NCBI GenBank assembly: GCA_965207885.1 | Contig: OZ242311.1 | Coordinates: 4,672,001-4,736,000 of the forward strand | Reading direction: 5' to 3' | Origin: Candidatus Latescibacterota bacterium | GTDB lineage: Bacteria > Latescibacterota > UBA2968 | Length of the DNA: 64,000 nucleotides | Part shown: positions 57,828-64,000 of the stretch, piece after piece | Layout: every line of letters starts with the position of its first letter | Position numbering within the stretch: the first letter of the stretch is position 1 | Notes under the pieces: model-generated | What the model saw: the letters and a program-made list of their open reading frames with translations, nothing else | Told to the model about the DNA's origin: nothing | The model's database searches: none | Translations under genes and position numbers: made by a program

Positions 57828-59833
57828 AAAAAAGGTGTGGGATCCTTCTGAAATTCCTGCCACTGACCAACGAGACCTGTGCCGGGAATTATTTCTCGGC
57901 GGCGTTCGCTCCAACCAGATTCTTTGGGATTCACTGTGATCCACTCATAAAACACGCGGTAGTCAAATAGATCGCAGCTATGTCGCTCTATCTTCTCCAC
58001 GCCTGCTTTTTCCTTCTCGACGCTCACTGCAAAAGTTTTGCGTCCGGTAGCATCGTAACCGATATTTTCAGCCAATGCCATGAAGATGGGTTTTTCATCG
58101 GGTACATTCTCGCCGTTGTCCAAACGGCGCAGAAAGATAATACTTGTCTTTACCCCTGCGTCGTAGTGCTGAAAGGCGAACTGCGGAAGACTAACTACGG
58201 CCAGAAGTTGGAAGTGTTTCAGTATCCAATGCCGCACACCTTCGAGGGATGAGTTGGTTAGGATACCATCGGGTAACACCACAGCGGCGCGGCCTGTACC
58301 GGGTTTGAGAAAGGCGTGTACCCGTTCCAAGAATAGGATCTCCGTTTTAACGCTGGTGCGTGCTTTCAATGCTTTTGCACCGTTTTTTGCGCTTGTGCCA
58401 TCCCCATTCCTATTCGGGCGACCAGGATAGTTTTTGCTGAGGTATGCCTGCAATTCGAACTGATCCAGATAACCATCTCCTTTTTCAGTGCGTCTGATGA
58501 CAGATCCGAAAGGCGGGTTGGTGAGAATTAGATCAAATTTGCCTTCGTCCAAGCCGAGATTCTTGCCGTGAATCTTGTTGAGAAAATCCAGGGCATCGTG
58601 ACCGACAATGTTGGTGTGACCATCGTCGTGAATAATCATGTTCATCTTTGCAACGCGGGCGAGTTCGTCATTTACCTCAATGCCGAAGAGGTTCTTTTCG
58701 GCGAAGTCATGCCAATATTGAAAATGCTGAATACTCTCTGGAGTAAAACGTTGGTTAGCCTCGCGGCGAACGTGGTCAAGGGCGTAGAGCAGGAAGCCGC
58801 CAGAGCCACAAGCGGGATCGAGAACAAGGTCGTCGCGTTTTGGATCAAACATCTCAACAGCGAAGGCTATTAGTTCGCGGGGTGTGAAGTACTGGCCGAA
58901 GTCACCCTTGAAGAAGCCTCCCATAAACTCCTCGAAAGCCACGCCTTTGGTATCCAGTTCCGTGCGGTCGAGTGAGATGCCCTCCAGATGCTCCACACAC
59001 TGAGCCAAAATAGGCGGGTCAATATTGATGTGATCAGTGAAAACATCAGGTTCGCGTTGTTGTTCAGCGTCGTAGAGCCGGTTAATGCGCTCGGCGAGAT
59101 CAATAGCGGTTTCTCCATCGCTGCGCTGAAAGTCATAGGGTTGACCCTCTTGCCTTTCCAGATTTTTTTCGTCGCGATGTTTGATAAAGACCAGCTTGGA
59201 AAACTCGCCAAATGCGGCGATAGGACTACGGCGTCCACCCTCCCACAGTGTTTGATGGCACTTGCGGATCGCTGCGCGGAGTTCTTCTCGTGGGATCGCG
59301 GCAAGATCGCGGCCCGGCCTGTCCTTCAAGAAACGCCATTTGGGTGGCCTGCCGTAGTTTACCGGAATATCAGTGAGAAGGTTTCGATCCCGCTCTCCGG
59401 GGGGAAATTTGTCGAAGCGCAATAGGCGGCGGGTAAGACCAGCGATGGCACCACAGTATTTTGCTGCCAAACTGGCGCGATAGCCACAGGCTTGTTCGAT
59501 GGATTGGTTGAACTCTGCGTCGGATACGTCTGCACGTTTGCACTCGAAAACGAAATACGGGGACTTGTGTTCGTCGTCTTCATAAATGACGAGGTCTGCA
59601 TAATTACTTGGCGTCCTCCCTGGAACACTGACTTCAAATCCAATTCGATTTGGCGGATATTGATATTTACAAATAAGCTCTGCCCATAGTTCAGCGCGGA
59701 CTTTTTCCTCTGGGTCAGTCCATTGTTCAGAGCGGTTGGCTGCAATGTAGCGAATGCGTTCGGACGTACCCTCGCCAGTAATTTCAGCGTATTTACGGTC
59801 AAAGGCCTGGTCGAGAAAATTTTTATAATTCAT
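57821..59833 (-). CDS. Fused endonuclease (HSDR_N-type PD-(D/E)XK) and N6-adenine methyltransferase, Type IIB/IIG-like RM subunit
   Basis: PEEKVR..ADLVIY..FECK; GQYFTPR; motif I DPACGSGGFL; motif IV NPPF; VLPDGIL; no HsdR helicase in the locus. Confidence 0.9.
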   Translation of the reverse strand: MNYKNFLDQAFDRKYAEITGEGTSERIRYIAANRSEQWTDPEEKVRAELWAELICKYQYPPNRIGFEVSVPGRTPSNYADLVIYEDDEHKSPYFVFECKRADVSDAEFNQSIEQACGYRASLAAKYCGAIAGLTRRLLRFDKFPPGERDRNLLTDIPVNYGRPPKWRFLKDRPGRDLAAIPREELRAAIRKCHQTLWEGGRRSPIAAFGEFSKLVFIKHRDEKNLERQEGQPYDFQRSDGETAIDLAERINRLYDAEQQREPDVFTDHINIDPPILAQCVEHLEGISLDRTELDTKGVAFEEFMGGFFKGDFGQYFTPRELIAFAVEMFDPKRDDLVLDPACGSGGFLLYALDHVRREANQRFTPESIQHFQYWHDFAEKNLFGIEVNDELARVAKMNMIIHDDGHTNIVGHDALDFLNKIHGKNLGLDEGKFDLILTNPPFGSVIRRTEKGDGYLDQFELQAYLSKNYPGRPNRNGDGTSAKNGAKALKARTSVKTEILFLERVHAFLKPGTGRAAVVLPDGILTNSSLEGVRHWILKHFQLLAVVSLPQFAFQHYDAGVKTSIIFLRRLDNGENVPDEKPIFMALAENIGYDATGRKTFAVSVEKEKAGVEKIERHSCDLFDYRVFYEWITVNPKESGWSERRREIIPGTGLVGQWQEFQKDPTPFFV

Positions 59834-60035
59834 AATTGTTCCTCAAACTGAGATATTTCGGCTTTGAAGTAGCTACTTGTGTGTAATATAATGGAAAGAG
59901 GGAAAAACGGACTGGATTACTATGTGGTAGTGTGGCTATCGCTAGCTCCACAGCGTGGCGCGTACTCCCTTACGACTGAATACGCCTGAGAAATTTACTG
60001 TATCACAGCAACTTACGACACCTATTTTTGGAGCG

Positions 60036-60101
60036 TGTCACTCCGGCGAAAGCCACAACCAGCCCCTATTCCTCTGGATTCCTGCTTTCGCAGGAATGAC
60101 A
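60036..60101. repeat. REPIN/MITE-like element with two inverted REP halves
   Basis: TGTCACTCCGGCGAAAGCC ... CTGGATTCCTGCTTTCGCAGGAATGACA at the right edge of island 2. Confidence 0.65.
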
Positions 60102-60160
60102 TATTGAGTTTCTTGCATGCATAAACCGGTAGTGCCGGGATCAGATACTAACTCTTGCCT

Positions 60161-61669
60161 TTATCTCATTCTCACCTCAGCGACAGGCGTTCCCGCTGCC
60201 CCGTCGAGCATGAGACTGCTCGCTCTGGCAAGGGTGGCTGATATGTTTTCGAGGCTTTGGCCGTCGAAGGATTGACCGCCAATGATTTTGGGGCTGATAA
60301 TGAGTGCCTGGCCAGCAGGTTCATCGAATAGGGCGAATGTCACGCCGCTGCCATAGCGCGCCATAGCGCTCATTGTGTCGTGAAATTGGGAGATGGTTTG
60401 AGTAGAGACATCGCCGACTTTCATTTCGATAAAGACAATATCGGGAAGTGCGGCATCCATGGCTTTTTGCGCGACCTCGATGATGAATGTGCTACCGAGT
60501 TTGCGGCTTTCTTCGCTGTCCATCAATACGCCGGATACCAGCCGACCAAATGCCTCATCTTTGATGATTTTTTTGAGTTTGAGAGCTTCCGGGGTCAGCT
60601 TGGGTTTGACTATGCGGTCGATATATCGCTGCGATTTGCCCTGTTTTATGGCTGTGCCGAGTTGTTCTTCTATGGTGCCTGCGATTTTTTCGAGGCTGGG
60701 TGCGTTGACGGCAGAAGGGCTGTATCTGGTACCATAGCCCTTGGTTTTGCTAACTATGGGGGGGATTTCTTTTTCCCCAGATTGATAGAAAGCCAGTGTG
60801 CGCGTATGGGTTTTGTCCTCGACGGCTTTGTTGTGATATTCAAATAGCGAAGGGATTTTGAGATTTTTGCCTTTGATTGCATTGGGTGAAGCCGTTTGAA
60901 CGGTGGTCATCCAATCGCGCGATTTTTTGCCGTAGTCGATATTGTTAAATAATGCCCCTCTGTACGTCAGATAGGCGGGGATATTCGATCCCGACCCCGA
61001 TCCGGTGACCGCAATGATGACCACGCCTTTGGGCAAGCCCTGGTCTGGTAGGACAAAAGATTCGAAAGCGTGTTCGATCATGGCGTATTGAGCAGGTGTA
61101 AAGTCGGTGATATTCAGACTGGGACCTCCGCGTCCACCTCCACCTCCACCGCCGCGTGCTCCTTGTCCTCGTCGGCCCCCCTGTCCACCGCCGCGCACTC
61201 CTTGTCCCTGGCGCTCCTGTCCACCACCGCGTGCTCCTTGCCCTTGCCCCCGACGTCCCTGTCTGCCGCCCTGCAGTGCCTGAAATTCGCGCAAGATATT
61301 GCCGAATACCGCGTTAAATTCCTGGCGATCGGTGTTGAGGATTTTGCGAAAAAAGAGTTCGAGTTGCTGGTGGCGAACGGGAAACAGATCGTCCCATTTT
61401 TTAGCCTGATCGAGTATGTACATCTGTATGGGGGCTGGCATTTGGTTGAGAATCTGCGCGTTGGCTTCGAGGAGTTTTTGGGCATCCCAGGGGTATTCGG
61501 CAAATTGTCTGCGTTGCTGGGGGCTCAAATCTGCGCGTCCACCACCGCCGCCGCCGCGTCCACCACCGCCACGTCCACCCCCTCCGCGCTGTGCGTAAAT
61601 ATCTGACAGGTCCAAGGCGCATAGTGCCGCGCCCATCAGTAAGATCGATATCCATCTTGAAGGTCGCAT
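60161..61669 (-). CDS. Exported hypothetical protein with RGG/GQG-rich low-complexity tracts
   Basis: Signal peptide ending AQ; QRGGGGRGGGGRGG and (GQGARGGG)n segments; RBS GGGAGG. Confidence 0.7.
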   Translation of the reverse strand: MRPSRWISILLMGAALCALDLSDIYAQRGGGGRGGGGRGGGGGGRADLSPQQRRQFAEYPWDAQKLLEANAQILNQMPAPIQMYILDQAKKWDDLFPVRHQQLELFFRKILNTDRQEFNAVFGNILREFQALQGGRQGRRGQGQGARGGGQERQGQGVRGGGQGGRRGQGARGGGGGGGRGGPSLNITDFTPAQYAMIEHAFESFVLPDQGLPKGVVIIAVTGSGSGSNIPAYLTYRGALFNNIDYGKKSRDWMTTVQTASPNAIKGKNLKIPSLFEYHNKAVEDKTHTRTLAFYQSGEKEIPPIVSKTKGYGTRYSPSAVNAPSLEKIAGTIEEQLGTAIKQGKSQRYIDRIVKPKLTPEALKLKKIIKDEAFGRLVSGVLMDSEESRKLGSTFIIEVAQKAMDAALPDIVFIEMKVGDVSTQTISQFHDTMSAMARYGSGVTFALFDEPAGQALIISPKIIGGQSFDGQSLENISATLARASSLMLDGAAGTPVAEVRMR

Positions 61670-61713
61670 GGTTGCCTCCCGTGTGAAGAGATGACGCGTT
61701 TTCATACATCGTT

Positions 61714-62490
61714 TCAAAGATTTTTGTCGAGCCAGTCCAGGGCGGTTGTCCACGCGTTGCCCTGGGCGAGCAAGTCGAGTCCATGTCCCGTTCCCTGATA
61801 GCCGATTACGGCAGTAACCCCCCGGGTCAATTCAGACATGTTTTGGGATGAGGTGTAGGCATATCCATCGCCAAAAGCTGCGAGATAGAGAATGTTGCGG
61901 GGTGCAAAACCGGGAATATTGGTGCCGATGAGAATTTCCTGAGCCTGATTTTCGCGAAAGCTGGGCGAAACGGATACGGTTGCTTTGATATCGGGATACA
62001 GACCCGCGCTTACAAAGGCGATGTTGGCACCGATGTCTGTACCGATGACACCGATGCGGTTGGGGTCGGCTTCTGTGCGGGTTTTGAGAAATGCAATTGC
62101 AGCGACGACATCGAGCGGCATCTGGTTGAAGTCTTCAATGGAAAAGTTCTGGATTGTGTACGGTTGCCCATTGCGAAAGATGCTGTTGCCATGCCCGCGC
62201 AGATCAAAGGCGAGTGCCAAATATCCTCGCTCGGCAACGAGTTCGGGAACAAAGTCCGCCCACTGAATGTGGTTTTCGTTAAATGGGTGGAGCAGGATGA
62301 CTGCAGGGCGAGGGGCGGGGTGATTGGGCGAAGAAAAGAGTGTGCCAAATAACAGAAAGCCGTCTGGCGTTTGAAATTGTACGGGTTCCAGGCGCGCGTG
62401 CTGGGCGGTGAGTTCAGGTTCGGTAGGCGTCGGCGCAGTAGTGCCGCCGCATCCGATTAAAAATATCGCGATCCACAGGTATTGGCGCAT
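61714..62490 (-). CDS. Alpha/beta-hydrolase-fold lipoprotein
   Basis: Lipobox LIGC; ILLH, FDLRGHG, GTDIGA at the nucleophile elbow (Asp in place of Ser), GHG. Confidence 0.8.
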   Translation of the reverse strand: MRQYLWIAIFLIGCGGTTAPTPTEPELTAQHARLEPVQFQTPDGFLLFGTLFSSPNHPAPRPAVILLHPFNENHIQWADFVPELVAERGYLALAFDLRGHGNSIFRNGQPYTIQNFSIEDFNQMPLDVVAAIAFLKTRTEADPNRIGVIGTDIGANIAFVSAGLYPDIKATVSVSPSFRENQAQEILIGTNIPGFAPRNILYLAAFGDGYAYTSSQNMSELTRGVTAVIGYQGTGHGLDLLAQGNAWTTALDWLDKNL

Positions 62491-62625
62491 GATATTATCC
62501 TTTGAGCTATTTTATTTTTGACTATTGTAGATAGATGTTTGTTCCTCAGAATAAGGGGAACATAAGGCAATTGAACTATAATAGCAAGGCGAGCAAGCAA
62601 GCATACCCCATTTTAAGGAGGAAAG

Positions 62626-62796
62626 ATGCCAGAATTTACGCGTTATGATTTGATTCTGATGGCGATTACCGGAGGGCTTTTTATCGTGGGATTGTGGTGT
62701 ACGATTTTTGCCTTTCTCTATGGATTTATGAAGCGCTTAGATCAGATTATTTTGCTGTTGAAGCAGGCGAATCAAGATGCCGATGCGGCTTCTTGA
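62626..62796 (+). CDS. 56-aa single-TM small protein
   Basis: Not in the ORF track; strong RBS AAGGAGG; MPEFTRYDLILMAITGGLFIVGLWCTIFAFLYGFMKRLDQIILLLKQANQDADAAS*. Confidence 0.6.
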   Translation: MPEFTRYDLILMAITGGLFIVGLWCTIFAFLYGFMKRLDQIILLLKQANQDADAAS

Positions 62797-62873
62797 GAAT
62801 GGTTGCCTATTTTACCATGGGCATTTATATTGGGCAAAATAGTTCCCAAAAACACTTTCTGAAAGGACAATGA

Positions 62874-64000
62874 ATGAGCAAACCGAATATTTTGATGATT
62901 ATAACTGATCAGCAGCGATGGGATGCGCTGAGTTGTGTGAGCGATTGGCTGGAGACGCCCAATATGGACCGCATTGCAGCAGAGGGCGTGCGGTTTTCAA
63001 ATTGCGTGACCAATTCCCCGGTGTGTATTCCAACGCGGTTGAGTCTGGCTACCGGGCATTATCCGCACAATACGGGGGTTTGGGATAATCAGGACCACAC
63101 GTTATCGCCAGATTGTCCAACGTGGATGCAGGCGGTGCGCGATGCGGGGTATCGCACGAGTCTGTTTGGCAAGACGCATTTACACCCGCACGGAGGCGAT
63201 TTGAGGGATCGCGAGCATTTGATGCACAGTTATGGGCTTGATGATGTGGATGAGATTGGCGGGCCGAGGGCGAGCGCGCGATGTTTGTCGTACATGACGG
63301 CGATGTGGGAAGAGAAGGGGTTGTGGGATGCGTATAAGGCAGATTTCGATGAGCGTTTTAGCAATAAGCCCTGGGTGACGCGGCCATCGACATTGCCTTT
63401 TGAGGATTATGCGGATGTGTATGTGGGGCAGCAGGCGAAGAAATATCTGGCGGGATATGACCGCGATCAACCCTGGTTCTGCTGGGTGAGTTTTGGGGGG
63501 CCTCACGAACCGTGGGATACGCCAGAACCCCATTATAGCCGGTACAATCCGGAGGATATGCCCGATCCGGTTGTGGCGCCAGATGATGACCGCGAGCGCC
63601 CACAAGGTTTATTAGACGCCAAGCAAAAGATACCGTTTGAACCGGGAGAAGAGAAATTGTTGCGCGCAAATTACGCGGGCAATGTCACGTTGATTGACGA
63701 TCAGATTGGCGAGATTTTCGATGTGATTGAACAGCGCGGCGAGATGGATAATACGGTTGTTGTACTGACGTCGGATCACGGCGAGATGAATGGGGATTAC
63801 GGTTTTATTTATAAGAGCAATCTTTTAAATGGTGCGGTGCGGGTTCCCCTGCTGATTCGCACGCCCGGGACGGCGAGTAGTGATGTTGCTGGTTCGGTGT
63901 GTGATAGTCCTATTGAGTGGTTTGACGCGGGACCGACGCTGGTCGAGCTCGCAGGGGGTGAACTCGACTTCAGGCAGTTTGCCAAATCGGCCTGTCCCGT
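62874..64000 (+). CDS. Sulfatase, 3' truncated by window edge
   Basis: Not in the ORF track (no stop); MSKPNILMIITDQQR, TPNMDRIA, CIPTR, GKTH, TSDHGEM. Confidence 0.92.
   Translation, partial: MSKPNILMIITDQQRWDALSCVSDWLETPNMDRIAAEGVRFSNCVTNSPVCIPTRLSLATGHYPHNTGVWDNQDHTLSPDCPTWMQAVRDAGYRTSLFGKTHLHPHGGDLRDREHLMHSYGLDDVDEIGGPRASARCLSYMTAMWEEKGLWDAYKADFDERFSNKPWVTRPSTLPFEDYADVYVGQQAKKYLAGYDRDQPWFCWVSFGGPHEPWDTPEPHYSRYNPEDMPDPVVAPDDDRERPQGLLDAKQKIPFEPGEEKLLRANYAGNVTLIDDQIGEIFDVIEQRGEMDNTVVVLTSDHGEMNGDYGFIYKSNLLNGAVRVPLLIRTPGTASSDVAGSVCDSPIEWFDAGPTLVELAGGELDFRQFAKSACP

Noticed and set aside
57828-57944. ORF-track N-terminus of the S subunit (MDHSESQ...)
   Set aside because: Lies inside the RM coding region with no RBS and no S-like sequence
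53040-59940. Weak inverted similarity between 53042-53062 and 59917-59940 as island terminal repeats
   Set aside because: Too degenerate; no integrase, transposase, tRNA or target duplication supports a defined element
1-64000. tRNA, rRNA, retron or other reverse-transcriptase elements
   Set aside because: None recognised; no RT ORF or tRNA-like cloverleaf seen in intergenic regions, judged by eye only

Overview
64 kb of a bacterial chromosome, diderm judging by TolC, lipoproteins and LspA. The sulfatases, PhyH-type dioxygenases and Gfo/Idh/MocA oxidoreductases resemble marine or sponge-associated Latescibacterota/Gemmatimonadota-type genomes; this is an inference only. The backbone is housekeeping: yggS-yggT-divIVA-mtaP-nudix-dksA-lspA-rluD, recJ, tilS-ftsH-folP, tolC-MFP-RND-holA-trxA. 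It also carries a partner-switching/sensor-kinase/Amt cluster (1-7022) and a PspA-DUF4178-DUF350-spermidine synthase module. Two AT-richer defence islands stand out. Island 1 (about 17.6-22.6 kb) has an ABC/AAA ATPase with a small PD-(D/E)XK-like protein and an ApeA-like HEPN gene split by an IS4 element with a perfect 9-bp target duplication. It is bracketed by tiny apparent relics of SNF2-helicase and DUF1156-methylase genes. Island 2 (about 53-60 kb) has a Ser/Thr kinase-Zn ribbon, a TIR (DUF1863-like) protein and a membrane protein, converging on a Type IIB-like RM/S/HEPN operon. The best leads are: (i) a candidate -1 programmed frameshift signal (internal SD, U_UUU_UUC, hairpin) that would fuse the RM subunit to S; (ii) the kinase-TIR-TM module; (iii) a PhyH-family enzyme with HxG instead of HxD, the signature of Fe/2OG halogenases; (iv) a HEPN gene bracketed by a duplicated hsdS 3' end. 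All family assignments come from motif recognition by eye; no searches were run.
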